A stretch of 64,000 nt of DNA from the human T2T-CHM13v2.0 reference genome, Homo sapiens. The notes beneath the pieces are model-generated. The model worked only from the letters and a program-made list of their open reading frames with translations, did not search any database and was not told the origin of the DNA. The stretch lies in assembly GCF_009914755.1 (NCBI RefSeq), contig NC_060927.1. One strand, given 5' to 3'. Of the stretch, positions 1 through 16,581 are shown one piece after another. The stretch's first letter is position 1. Each line of letters opens with the position of its first letter. The position numbers and the translations under genes were made by a program.

Positions 1-1800
1 TCCATTATCCAGAAAGCTGCAATGTGCAGCCATGATCCTACCATCCTGTGAAACTCAGACCCTCTCTGGAGGACAGACAAATTCTCACGGAAAAGACCGG
101 GCCATTCCTTCTCCATAATCCCCTTCTTTAAAAGTCTTTATTGGTCCCAGGACAGCCATTGTGAACTGAGTCTCTGTAAATCAGTCAGCTAGAGATGTGT
201 GGAGTGGAAGCTGAACACCAACCCCGCTGCAGTTCACTTCTGCTCTGTTCCCAGAAGCAAGAAGCACGTTGCTTCTCTAGGCGGGGAGGAAAGAAGCAGG
301 ATCCAGCCTGGAGAGAAAGCAGCAGGTTTAGAAGAAACAGACTGCTACATCTAAGGAGACGCCAACTGTAAGATTTGGGCTAACAAAGTTCCGGAGGTTA
401 ACCTGAGGCTTCAAAAAATGGGACTGAAGTTGCAGAGAACTTTTAAAACACCTGTTTTTCATGATCCCATGTAAATTTCATTAGAGAGGGGATACTGGCC
501 ACAGCAAGGACATGTCTTACACCTGCTAACCAATGCCTCTGATCTCTGGAAGTAGGGCTAACAAATTTAAATGAGAAAAAAAGATAACGTTCTCTCTAAA
601 AAATGTGCATATTTTAAATTACAAGAGTAGGGAGGAACTTGAAGCAAAAACAAATTGAAGAGAGATATGGAGAGAGAAGACCTCTGACAAATTCTGCATT
701 ATCCCTGTTGTAAGGAGAGGGGGAGGGAATAACCCCCTCCAGAGTGGTCAACCCAGCACTAAATTTGTGTCCATTTAGGGGGAAATTAAATTAAGGAGCA
801 AGAATATCATACTCAAAATTTCAATAGAAGGCCCCTTTGCCCTCCAATCTAAAGACATATTATACATTTTAACTTTTCCTTCCTTAATTTATTTTCTTTG
901 ATTTTCCTCTCTTCGTGTTTAAATGTATTCTCCTTGCTTAGTGTGAATACTCAATGCAGGAACAAAAGACCCATTTGTCATGCTGGAGACTAAGAACACA
1001 TCAGGTATAATGGAATTCTGGCTTGGGCAACGCTCATCATTTGTTCAGACATGTCATCAGTTTATTCTGACATTCTGTGCGATTCCTCTACTCCTAATCT
1101 ACATGACTTCCACACGGCATCTTCACAACATTATGTAATTAATATTGGTAAACAAATCTTTGTTCACTACCCTGCCCTTGTAATTTCCTAAAAAGCTTCT
1201 GGCTTATTCCTCAATCTTAGCTGAATCAATACACTCTGAAAGCAAAGTCATATGCAGAGGACAAGAGCAATTAATGATCACGTACTCAAGCACAAGCGAG
1301 AAGAGAGAGAAGATAACTCTATCCTGTTAGGTGACTGGATAGTATTCATAATATCACAGCATGAATGTGTGGCTAAAAAACCTAAACCCAAATCCCTTAT
1401 AAAGTGTATTTGTAATGCAATGTAGTACTTTCCCCTAATTGGATTATGCTTTTCTTGCACAAAATGGAAGTATTTTGCTGTATTTTGGTTCCATCTATTA
1501 CGGCAAATATAAGAGCAATGCAGTAGTGACAGCAGGTCCTATCTGGAATGTTTGGTGCACTCTCTGGAATGCCCTGAGCTTCAGTTGTCCTGTCTAATCC
1601 TCCTTGTCACTCAATACCCAACCCAGTTCCACCACCACCAGGGCACTTCCCCTGTGGTTCTAGCTTGCAAGGCTTAGGCTTGCTCCGTCTTGTGGATTCA
1701 ATGTGCTCATTGTTCCTGACTGGGGTCTCTCAGGGAGACCTGGGTCCTAGTACCTCTAGCACTAACTGGGTGTGTGATTTTCAGTAAATGACATAGACAT

Positions 1801-2592
1801 TGTATTAGGGTACTCCAGAGAAACAGAACCAATAGTGTGCACACATGGTAATATGGTTTGGCTCTGTCCCCACCCAAATTTCCCTTGAATTGTAGCTCCC
1901 ATAATTCCCATGTGTCATGGAAGGGACTTGGTGGGAGGTAATTAAATCATGGGGGTGGGTCTTTCCCATGCTATTCTCATGATAATGAATAAGTTTCATG
2001 AAATCTGATGGTTTTTTAAAGGAGAGTTCCCCTATACAAGCTGTCTTGCCTGCTGCCATGTAAGATGTGACTTTGCTCTTCACCTTCCACCATGATTGTG
2101 AGGCCTCCCGCCTTGCAATCTGTGAACTGTGAGTCAATTAAACCTCTTTCCTTTATAAGTTACTCAGTCTTGGGTATGTCTTTATTACCAGGGTGAGAAC
2201 AGACTAATACACATGGGGAGAGAGAGACAGAGGATAAGGAATTGGCTCACATGATTATGGAGTATGAGAAGTTCAGTAATCTGCCATGGCTAGAGACCCA
2301 AGAGAGGCAATGGTGTAATTTCCAGTCCAAGAGTAAGAGAAAACCAATGTTCCAGGTCAAGCAGTCAGGCAGAGAGAAAAATTTATCCCTTTCTCTACCT
2401 TTTTGTTCTTTTTAGGTGGTCAGTGGATTGAAGGCTGCCCACCCACATTGAGGAAGACCACCTGCTTTACTCACTAATTCAAATTCAATCTTATCGAGAA
2501 AGACTGTTACAGACACACCAAAAATAATGTTTAACTAAATATCTGGGCACCCCATGAACCAGTCAAGTTGACACATAAAATTAACCATCATA
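1801..2592 (-). mobile_element. MLT2-family (ERVL) solo LTR, interrupted by a THE1 LTR
   Basis: Starts tgtattagggtactccagagaaacagaaccaatag and ends gtcaagttgacacataaaattaaccatcata, matching antisense MLT2 termini. Sequence is continuous across the THE1 insertion. Confidence 0.8.
1849..2211 (+). mobile_element. THE1 (THE1C/D-like) MaLR solo LTR nested in MLT2
   Basis: t(a)atatggtttggctctgtccccacccaaat ... gagaacagactaataca; 5-bp TSD catgg at 1844-1848 and 2212-2216. Confidence 0.9.
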
Positions 2593-2685
2593 ACAACTAT
2601 TTGGTTCCTTTTCCTGGTAAAGGGAAAATATCAGATTAGATCAAAGCTTACCAAAATATTTTAGTTGTACCTCTTGAATAACTGG

Positions 2686-2977
2686 TGTTTTGTTTTGTTT
2701 TTCACACAGAGTCTTGTTCTGCTGCCCAGGCTGGAGTGCAGTGATGCGATCTTGGCTCACTGCAACCTCTACCTCCCAGGTTCAAACTCCTACCTCAGCC
2801 TCCTGAGAAGCTGGGATTACAGGAGCTGGCCACCATGCCTGGCTAATTTGTGTATTTTTAGTAGAGATGGGGCTTCACCATGTTGGCCAAGCTGGTCTCG
2901 AACTCCAGACCTCAAATGATCCACCTGCCTTAGCCTCCCAAAGTGTTGGGATTACAGGTATGAGCCACAGCAAGCTA
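2686..2977 (-). mobile_element. Alu (AluS-type)
   Basis: Antisense dimeric Alu (cccaggctggagtgcagtg ... gtatttttagtagagat ... gggattacagg) with a (TTTTG)n tail. Confidence 0.92.
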
Positions 2978-2979
2978 AC

Positions 2980-3240
2980 CAGGGCTTATTCATATGGCAG
3001 CTGTCACGGTTCTGAGACAAAAAGTGGAAGCATGTCAGGTCCCTTGAGGCTGGAGGTTTGGAATTGGCATAACATCACTTCTGCCACATTCTGTTGACCA
3101 AAGAAAGTCACAATCCAGCCCAGATTCAAGGAGTGGAGAAATTAACTATCTCTCGATGGGAAAGGGTACACAGTCACATTGCCAAGGTTATGCATAAAGG
3201 GAAGGGTGGAGAATTATGGCCACTCTGTCATCAACCAGAG
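2980..3240 (-). mobile_element. MLT1 (H/I/J-like) MaLR LTR fragment
   Basis: catcacttctgccacattctgttgaccaaagaaagtcacaatccagcccagattcaagg motif typical of old MLT1 LTRs. Confidence 0.7.
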
Positions 3241-3698
3241 TTTTTCCTTTCTGCAAGTCCATAACTATCAAATACATTCCCTTGCCTGGCTTAACCACCA
3301 CCTATCGTGTTTTCTTCTTTCATAAGGCATTGAGTCACTTACCAAACATTTACCAAAGACAGAGTTACTGCCGGGAATTACCACCACGCATGGAAATTTG
3401 AGAATGTGTGAAATGGAAAGTAATTGTCCCCAAGAATCCAGAGTTTAGATGAACACATTATTGAAATGTCTAATTCGTTTGTTTTGTTTAGTTGCAGACG
3501 ATTTAGTATCAGGAAATAATAAACTGTTAAATCCAGTAATAAAGTGAAGATTATCTAGTCCAGGGATTGCAAACCTAAATGCTTTAGAGACCAAATAAGT
3601 AAGATAAATGAGCAAAATTTGGCTTAAATGAGTTTAAGCCATAATGGAGCAGGAGAGACTGAGAAAATGGCTGGAAACTACCCCAATTGAGACAATTA

Positions 3699-4007
<309 letters not shown>

Positions 4008-4022
<15 letters not shown>

Positions 4023-4210
4023 GGAAGGGAAGGGAAGGGAGGAAGGGCAGGAAAGAGAGAAAGAAAGAGGAAGGAAGGAAAGAAGGAAGGAAGGAAGGTA
4101 GGAAGGGAGGGAGGGAGGGAGGGAGAGAGGGAAAGAGGGAGGGAGGATGGAAGGAAGAAAGGACAGGGGGAGGGAGGGAGGGAGGAGAGAAGGAGGGAGG
4201 GAGAGGGGAA
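4008..4210 (+). repeat. About 200-bp polypurine low-complexity tract (GGAA/GGGA)n extending the Alu tail
   Basis: Almost pure A/G run read directly from the sequence. Confidence 0.95.
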
Positions 4211-5381
4211 TTGCTCAGAATAAATCAAATAAACATGTAAACTAATTTCAGACCCCAGGCCTCCATTTTGTAATCTCTGCTTCTAGATCGATTCTCACTT
4301 TACCGATGGGAAAACCAAGGCCCAGAGAGGTTAAAACATGTTTCCCACCGTGGCCCAGGTGCTCAGCAGCAGAAATGAAACTGGACTCCGAGGTGCCTGC
4401 TGCTGAGTACTGACATCAACATTGCCTGGAGTATAATTTTGCAAGTTTTCTTCCTGATAGGAAGGCTAGATTCAATCTCTTCACAAAATAGTTGCCTCAT
4501 GGGTTTTGTCAGAATCGACAAAGCTCTCCTGGAAAATGGCCATCTCATGGAAGTGATGGCCTCGGTCAGGTTTATGAAGGGAATGACAATGTGATTTGTG
4601 GCTGTCACCCATGGGAGCCAGGTTGCGCTTGCCACTTCCTCACTGCTGGCAGGAGGCCGAGGCGAAGCTGTCATCGGCTGCCACACTGATAGATGCCACC
4701 AGCCTGGACACAGTCTGTGCTTCCAGGCAGCTCAGGAGACATATCTGACTTGTCCTTCTGGCCCTACGGAAGATACTGCCTGGCAAAAGTGGAAATGGCA
4801 ACGCAGGACAAGAAAGGAGAGAAATCCAATAAGGCTGTGGTCACTAGTGGCCAGGAATTGATGTTTTACTGTCTTTCCCTTGATTCTGTTGGGCTGTTTA
4901 CTTCCCATTTAAGAAATATCCTGGTTTTCTCATCCTGCACCCTGATGGGTGAGGGGTTGTTTTGTTCAGGGAAGAGAAGGAGATGTAGCCAGTGTTGACG
5001 AGTGGGGAAGGATTTATAAATCAAAGAAAAATGTCTCAAACAGAAAATCACACCCCAAGTATATGCAGGAGTGCAAACCACAATTTGGCCTGCTGCCTGG
5101 TGTCACAAGGCATCAGTGGCCTTGCTGTGACCCTTTCAGGGAAACCCCTGCAAGCGTCTACTTGTAACAGTCGCAGCAGGGAGGTCTAAGCCTGCACATT
5201 TCCTCAAAGGTGGTTTTTCTGCTCCCATCAACGGTAGATTATCAAGAGATTTTTAGTGATGAAACTGATAGCTCAGAAATTACTTGATTCCAAATTCTTT
5301 TCTAGCAGAACAAAACACAAACAAAACCAGCGAACGTTTTACTTAAACACCTGGAGGTGGTAATTAAAACATTGGACACAG

Positions 5382-5502
5382 AGCTAAGTGCCGTGGTACA
5401 TGGCTGTAGTCCCAGCTACTAAGAAAGCTGAGGCAGGAGGATTGCTTGAGCCCAGGAGTTGGAGTCCAGCCTGGACAACATAGTGAGATCCCATCTCCAA
5501 AA
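5382..5502 (+). mobile_element. Alu monomer (FLAM_A-like)
   Basis: gctgtagtcccagctact...ggattgcttgagcccaggagtt...catagtgagatcccatctc; degenerate flanking repeat aaaacattggacac / aaaactggacat. Confidence 0.75.
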
Positions 5503-6477
5503 CTGGACATTGAACGTATAAAAGCCATAAAGAAACAGGGACAAAAATGAGCTAGTTAGAAGTGAGTTCTAAAAGCCAAATATCTCTATATAGATATAGT
5601 AGCCCAGACAGTGAACTCCTACTACTCCAGAACACACAATCAGGATGCTTGACAGGCCGAGCCTATTCCTTCTAAAGTGTTTTATGATCTTTATTCAAGA
5701 ATGAAGGAAAGTGCATGCTTGTCTGGAGTCCAGCTGATCTAATATAGAAAGAAAGATTTAAAAGGTGAACAGTTTTAGGACAGGTATTGCCCCTGGGTGT
5801 TTTCAGAAAAATACACACCCAGGAGATGTCAGTTCCCACTTTTACCCTCTAGTTGAACAATATCCATCTACTTCCACACTGCTTTTAAAATGAGATGTTT
5901 TGGTGCAGGTCAAATGAAAAACAGGAACGTGCTCTGCTAGTGGTCAGGAGATCAAGGTTCTGGAGCTGCTAAGAACAGGACCTGTGTCCTCCTGAGTCCC
6001 AGGTTTCCTCATTTGTAAAATGAGAGATTGGAGCAAAATTTTATAAAATCCTCTTTAGCTTGTTAGTTCCTTTTTTCATTCATTTTGACATAGTATTCAC
6101 TCATTCATTCATTTTTTTCATTTATTCAACAAATTTTATTGAACCCTGTTCCATGTCCAGGACTGTACTGATACCTAAGTACAAAGTAGTGAACAAGAAA
6201 AATAGCCTCTGTCCTCATAGAGCTTCCATTCTAAATAGACACAGATGATAAATGAAATAAGGAAGCAAGATAAATTCAGATTTGCTTGGGCTGTGATAAG
6301 CAGGACAAAGGAAATAATCCAGTGTTGTGTGAGAGAATAATTGGGATTGGGATGGGTGGGGAATATCTAGATAAACAGGAAATGAAAAATCCTGACTATA
6401 ACTACTAGTGACCACAGCCTTATTGTGCCACAAATTAGGCATGTGACATTAGACAAGTCTCTTTCCCTCTCTGTATC

Positions 6478-7156
6478 TGTATTCATTTCCTATTGCTGCT
6501 GTAACAAATTGACACACATTTAACAACTTAAACCAACACAAATATATTACCCTAGACTTCCGTAGGTCAGAAATCTGACACAGGTTTTACTGGGCTAAAA
6601 GCAAGGATTAAGCAGAGCTGTGTTTCTTTCTGGAGGCTACAGAAGAAAATCTATTTTTTTTTTCTTTCTTTCTTTTTTCTTTTTTCTCATTCAGGTTGTT
6701 ACTGTCCAGTTTGCCTGTTCAGGGGTTGACACTTAGAGCTTGGGCTCTAAAATGCCACTTGAATACTTGTCCCTTGAGACATGCAGTGGCAAAATTTAGT
6801 TCCTTGCTGTTATAAGACTGAGTTTCTGGCTCTCTTGCTGCCCGTAAGGGAGGGCCAACCCCAGCACTTACAACCTCCACATTCTTGGGCTCATAAACCC
6901 CTTCCTCCTTCTTCAAAGTCATCAATGATGGTGAAGTCCTTCTCACATCACTTCTCTCTGATCTATTCTGCTTTTCTCTTCATAGCATTCATAATCAGAT
7001 TAGGCTCATTAGCATAATCCAGGATAATCTCCCCATCTCAGGGTCCCTAACCTTAACCACATCTGAAAGTCCCTTTTGCCATGTAACGTAACATTGTCCT
7101 AGGCTCTGGGATTGAGATGGAGATATCTTTAGGGAGCCATTATTCTGCCTTCCACA
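6478..7156 (-). mobile_element. MLT1 (E/F-like) MaLR LTR carrying an 87-bp foreign insert at 6701-6787
   Basis: tgtattcatttcctattgctgctgtaacaaatt ... ggagccattattctgccttccaca; the internal motif cattcaggttgtt|ggcaaaatttagttccttg is split by the insert. Confidence 0.8.
6702..6787 (+). repeat. Doublet 1, copy A (86 bp; partner at 8741-8826)
   Basis: Ungapped alignment by eye, 75/86 identical. Confidence 0.92.
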
Positions 7157-7269
7157 ATGCTCTGATTTCCTTTTCAGTAAATGAAAGCATTGAGCTAAAG
7201 CTCTTTCAAATCCAAAATGTCATGACTTGTTTTGCTTCCATATTTTGTCAAAACTAGAAGTTATGTTTC

Positions 7270-7560
<291 letters not shown>

Positions 7561-7671
7561 TATGTTTCTTTTTTGCAACAAATCCTAGACAAGTTTGCTG
7601 AGAGTTTGAAGGCAGAATCTCTCAGTTGAAGAGGGTGCTCACTTCATTTAAGACAAATGACAGAGACTAAG

Positions 7672-8023
7672 TGTATTAGTCCATTCTCATGCTGCTATGA
7701 AGAAATACCCAAGACTGGGTAATTTATAAAGAAAAGAGGTTTCATTGACACACACTTTCACATGACTGGGGAGGCCTCAGGACACTTACAATCATGGCGG
7801 AAGGCACCTCTTCACAGGGCGGCAGGAGAGAGAATTAGTGTCATGCGAAGGGGAAGTCCCTTAAAAACCATCAGATTTTTGAGAACTCACTATCATGAGA
7901 ACAGCATGGGGGAAAGTGTCCCCCCATGATTCAGCTATCTCCATCTGGTCCTACTCTTGACACGTGGAGGTTATTACAATTCAAGGTAAGATTTCTGTGG
8001 GGACATAGAGCCAAACCGTATCA
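7672..8023 (-). mobile_element. THE1D/MSTA-like MaLR solo LTR
   Basis: tgtattagtccattctcatgctgct ... ccaaaccgtatca; 5-bp TSD ctaag at 7667-7671 and 8024-8028. Confidence 0.88.
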
Positions 8024-8740
8024 CTAAGTTACAGTGTCATGGCTATATAACCACTAGGAAGTCTCAAGGATGGAGTTGGGAACACGTTCAGGGTTGATCC
8101 CTGAAACTAGGCATCATTACTACATGATGGGCTGCCTGGTGTTACATGACTGCTGATAGTCCTCCTGAATGTAATGAAATAGGATAACTCATATTAGAGC
8201 CACATTTACTAAAAAGCAAGGAAGTCAACACAATGAACTGTTGAAATGTGTAACCTCAAGGGAAATACATGCAAAGCGTCCCCACATATTTCTTCAAGCA
8301 TGTATCCCAGGTATGATGACTGGGTCCCAGGCACATTTCCTGAAATGTAAAGCCACTGTGGGCTCTACTGTGCCCAGGGAAGCACAGGCACACACATCTG
8401 GAAGAACAGAATTCCTACCTGATCAAGCCATGGTTGGTGGCTTTGCAACTCTAAAAATTCCAGTTCTGCTAAAAAGCAATGGATGTTTCTCTAATTTGCC
8501 TTTCTGTCTTTGTAAACTAAGAAAAACCAAGATGGGTGGGGGTGGCAACAACAAGAACTCTGGCATATAGGCTGGCAACCAAAGTGGGTGGGAAATATTT
8601 TTCTGGGTCTTAAGGGCACTCTCCCAAGAGCTGTAGGTGGTACTGAGAAGTTAGGGCTATGTTCTCAATGGCCTTCCTTGGTATCTGGAACTTGCTCTTG
8701 GGAGAACTGACTGGAATTTCAATCACAGCCTAGAGTTAGG

Positions 8741-8826
8741 CTGTCCAATTTACCTGTTCAGGGTTTGATGCATAGAGCTTGGGTTCTAAAATGCCACTTG
8801 AATACATGTCCCTTAAGACACACAGT
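8741..8826 (+). repeat. Doublet 1, copy B (probable donor of the insert in the MLT1 LTR)
   Basis: ctgtccaatttacctgttcagggtttgatgcatagagcttgggttctaaaatgccacttgaatacatgtcccttaagacacacagt matches 6702-6787. Confidence 0.92.
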
Positions 8827-8914
8827 CATTTCCAGAAGATGCCAGGTGAGTCAGACAATTCAAGAATTCTTATTTTATAGATTATTAGGATTATAAAGTT
8901 TAGAGATAGAAGAT

Positions 8915-9110
8915 CCTGCCTTGACTCTTAATAAGATTACTGTGTGACCTTAAGCAAGTCATTTAACTTCTCAGGTTCTTCATCTGTGAAGTGGGAATGA
9001 ATAATATCTACATCACAGCACCATTATAAGGTTCAAATAAAAAAAAGTAAGTACAAGTGCTTTGCAAGAGGTAAACACTTTATACACATTAATTGATAAC
9101 ACTATTATCG
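8915..9110 (+). mobile_element. MIR SINE fragment
   Basis: MIR core tgtgtgaccttaagcaagtcatttaacttctc...catctgtgaagtgggaatgaataat. Confidence 0.75.
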
Positions 9111-9688
9111 TTCACAGTTCTTCAAGAAAGAGAAAGTTGAAAGTGCTCATTAATTTTGGTTAGCTGTCATAGTTTGTAATTGTATATCCAAGTGATTATT
9201 GTACTAATGGCTTTTCCTGCCCCTCAGCATCCTACAAGCTCCTGAAAGCTGGGACTGAGTCTCTTTTGATCACCACTGTTTTCTTGGTCTCTTGCCCAGT
9301 ACCGAGCACTTCGTGGGGACTCAAATATTCAATGAATAAATTAAAGAGAGAGTAAGAGTGAGAAAACACGGAGAGGCAACAATGAAAGGCAGGAGGAAAG
9401 GAAGAATTTTTTTGAAAAGTAGGTGGTGCAATGTAAACGTTATTCTCTAAACTGCAGAGTTTAAAATAGTAATAATAAACATAATAGTTTATATTTATTG
9501 TGTAACAATTATTGTGTACCATTTGCTATTGTTAGATTTAATTCTTTTTTTTTTCTTTTTTTTTATTATACTTTAAGTATAAGGTTACATGTGCACATTG
9601 TGCAGGTTAGTTACATGTGTATACATGTGCCATGCTGGTGCGCTGCACCCACTAACTTGTCATCTAGCATTAGGTATATCTCCCGATG

Positions 9689-12797
<3,109 letters not shown>

Positions 12798-13884
12798 TAA
12801 AATAATCCCTTGAGGTGGTACTATTATCTCCATATTGCAGATAAGGAAACTGAGGTTTAGCTTAGTTAAATAACTTGCCCAAAGTCACAGAGTAAGTGAT
12901 AGAAATGGATGAAAGTCAAACCCCCACAATCTAACTCAGAGCCTATACCATGTTATTCCATGCAATATTTTATTTTATTTTATTTTTCTTAGTTCAAAAA
13001 CTACTTAGAGTAAACTCACAGTGAAGATAAATTCCTGATGGCAGACTAGAGTACAGGAAAGCAAAAGGAGCCCTCCCACTAAAACATATATCGCACAAAG
13101 GAAGTAGAGAGAAGTGCAGTTTAAGGTCAAGAGATGGAAGATATCATAATATGCTGCCAGGCTGCCTTTGTGTAAATTCTATAAAGAAATTATTTTTCAA
13201 ATATTCAATAAAAAGCAAGTGTTATTTAAAGACATGGCCAGGTAGAATGACAAATGGCATACCATTTCAATTTTTCTCAGGCACGCAAGTTTTAGCTGAA
13301 TAAACATAAAAGAAATCAATCTACATGGTGCAAATGTGGAAAAAAAAAAAAAAACTCAAGATCTATGTCAGCAATAATAAGAGGCATCTACTGTTCTAAA
13401 ACAGCCAGCTCATGGAAAATGGATACCCAGACCAGAGAGAGAAATGCATGATGGGAAAGCCAAGAACCTCTTCCATTTAGTTCTAAGCTGTCAGCATTCA
13501 ATTAAGGGTATACTCTCTGGGAAAACAGTGCACAAAAAGATTCAGCAAGATAAACTGAACAAAGAGAGCCTGATAAAGATAAACTCTTTGTTTTTTGTCC
13601 TTCTGTGGTTAGCAGCCATTCCAGATCCCAGTATGGTTTTCAAGCATTAATTATCTCTCAAAATCCCAAGAATTAACATTTATGTTGTGGTGTGACAGAC
13701 CATATCTGCATGGTAAACTGTCAGCACAAACCTCCTAAAGAAAAATGGACTGGGACATATTTGGGGGAGGAATCAAGGGTCACTCCAAAATTAACCACAT
13801 CATTTCTGAAACAGCAATCTTAGTTTAAGACATGCAGCTAAAGCAGGGAGTCAGATTGTTAGAATTTTGAAGATCAACCAATCT

Positions 13885-14245
13885 AGAGCTCAAATACTAG
13901 CACTCCATGGGCCGAATCTGGCCCAGACAAATATTTGTCTGACTTGCATGGTCACTTGGTGCTTTCTGATTGTTTTAATTTTGAATTAGTTGCCAACATT
14001 TAAAAATTAGAAAATTCTGAAAGCTAAAAAATCTAAATTTCCCTTGAAAATGTGAAAGAGCAGACAACACTTGGCCCTCATTCCTGAAGGAAACAATTTG
14101 TTAGATTAAGAAGGGGTGAGTCCTTCCAGACAGAGTATGCTTTCTAGATTAGCACAGTCCCTGTCAGCACCCATTATCTTGCACTCATTCTACTTCACTC
14201 ATTTACATTATCAGCCTGGGCTCTGTGGTCTAACCTTTCCACTTT
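13885..14245 (+). mobile_element. hAT-Charlie MITE, MER102-like
   Basis: gggccgaatctggcccag ... ttgaattagttgccaacatttaaaaa ... cagacaacacttggccctcattcc motifs. Confidence 0.6.
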
Positions 14246-16087
14246 GCGAAAAAAAACTGAGAGGTCTAAGTGGTTTGGTCAAGGTCATAGATACAGGTAC
14301 AGTGTTAATATTTGGCCCTAGGCCCGAGGCTTCTGGTTAAGCTCAGTGTGTTAACACTATCTTCATGGGCCCTTTGGAATCTATCAATGACCTGTAAACA
14401 CCTAGAACACTCAATTTGCTGTTCCTTTACAGCCCTTACTACTTCTTACTTTCCACTGGAGTTACTTCTAGATGCTCAATTGGTCCTTTATTCATTTATC
14501 CACTTAGTGTTTCTTGAACATCGACTGCATATCAAACATTGTGATAGATTCTGGGGATACAGCAGTAAACACATTTTACGGTCTGGTGGGGAAGACAGAT
14601 AAGTCTGAGCTCCTCAACTACCCGGTTTACTTTTGAGCTAACACTCAACACTACAATACAAACATGTAAGTGTCCAACAAAATATGGAATAAGTAAAGGA
14701 ATCTCTTCTTCATTTGTTCTTTACAACAACCCTAAGAAGGAAGCATGACTAAGATCTCCATTCACCAATAAATAAATCGTGGCACTGAGTTTAAATCATT
14801 TGGTGATAGCTGGTAAGTGGTAGGGAGATACTTGACCATTCATCCCTCATTAAAACTAACGCACACCTCTCTGTAAAGAGTTTTACAGTAAGACACAATT
14901 ACATGGCAGTATTCTATGAAGGACACTACTTCCTATTAATATTTATCACTTTATCACATGGGTTCTAGTTCTAGATCAATTGCTGGTTAGCTGTCTGATC
15001 TTGGGTAACACAGGTAACTTACTTATCTTCGATTTCCTCATTGATAAAATGTTAGATTGTACAAGATGAAAGCCAGTGCTCTTCACTTGGGTAAAATTCT
15101 ATAATCTTTAGGTTACAATGAAAGAACTGTCTCTGTTTATTGCAATAATGCTATGGATTTATTCATTTCTTTTAGATTTATGCTCTTAATAAGAACCTCC
15201 GTAGAGATTTTTGTATGCTGGCAGTTTAAATAAACTACAGCTAATGTGGCTTCATAATAGGACTGTGATAAATTTTGACAGACACTCAAAGCTGATTCAA
15301 TTTTAACAGAATAATGATGGCTCCAACGTGTTGATTCACATCATAGGAGCATCATTGGAATGAAAATATCAGTGTCTCATAATATTATTTTCATGATTTT
15401 AATTATACTTTGACTTACAACCACAATGGAAAAACTTAAATTACCAAGTTCTTTTTAATTAGCTTCGTGTACATAAAGATCACTTTGTTTCATTTTGGAG
15501 TTAGTATCTTTGAAATGTTGCCAGTTTATTATAATGGTATATTTATTAAATTGCTCCAGAAGCACATGAAACCAAAGTCCTACCTTTGTTTAAACCTACT
15601 TAATATTAATATTTCATATGGAAATTAGAAAACTATATAGGTTCTGGAAATCTTAGAATCATTATATTTATTAAGCACAGTGAAATGTTGATAGATGGGA
15701 AACGAGTGGAAGGTTCTTTCAGTCATCATTTTAGGAGGCTTTTGACTTCTAAGCAATATCTTGAAACAAATCCCACATGTACATAGCCCACCATAGCTTC
15801 TCATGTACAGTTTTCCTCTTACTGCTTCATGGCAAGGAACTATGTAATCCTTAGAGCAAAGCAACTGATAAAACATGACTTTTGTCAAGATGCAAGACAA
15901 GAGGCAGACGTCTGGGTAGGTTCAGGTAGCTTCTGTGAAAGACACAGCTCAAGCCTTCCCATATTAAATCTTCTTTAAATTAGTCCCAAAATTCTAGCAC
16001 TGTGAGTCTATGCACAGAATCTCTTCTAAACAAAACAGTCTTTAAAAAAAAATTTTCAGCACCATTTAAAAATATTTATAACCAATT

Positions 16088-16581
16088 CTTTTTTTTTATT
16101 ATTATACTTTAAGTTTTAGGGTACATGTGCACAATGTGCAGGTTAGTTACATATGTATACATGTGCCATGCTGGTGTGCTGCACCCATTAACTCATCATT
16201 TAACATTAGGTATGTCTCCTAATGCTATCCCTCCCCCCTCCCCCCACCCCACAACAGGCCCCAGTGTGTGATGTTCCCCTTCCTGTGTCCATGTGTTCTC
16301 ATTGTTCAATTCCCACCTATGAGGGAGAACATGTAGTGTTTGGTTTTCTGTCCTTGAGATAGTTTGCTGAGAATGATGGTTTCCAGCTTCATCCATGTCC
16401 CTACAAAGGACATGAACTCATCATTTTTTATGGCTGCATAGTATTCCATGGTGTATATGTGCCACATTTTCTTAATCCAGTCTATCATTGTTGGACATTT
16501 GGCTTGGTTCCAAGTCTTTGCTATTGTGAATAGTGCCGCAATAAACATATGTGTGCATGTGTCTTTATATCAGCATGATTT
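16088..16581 (-). mobile_element. 5'-truncated L1PA4/5-like 3' end (about 490 bp)
   Basis: Antisense 3'UTR and ORF2 end ([13 protein letters not shown]...SLIGGN); short TSD attctttt at 16085-16092 and 16582-16589. Confidence 0.92.

Noticed and set aside
5792-5823. 9-bp inverted repeat cctgggtgt / acacccagg
   Set aside because: Short arms with a 14-nt spacer; near chance expectation in 64 kb.
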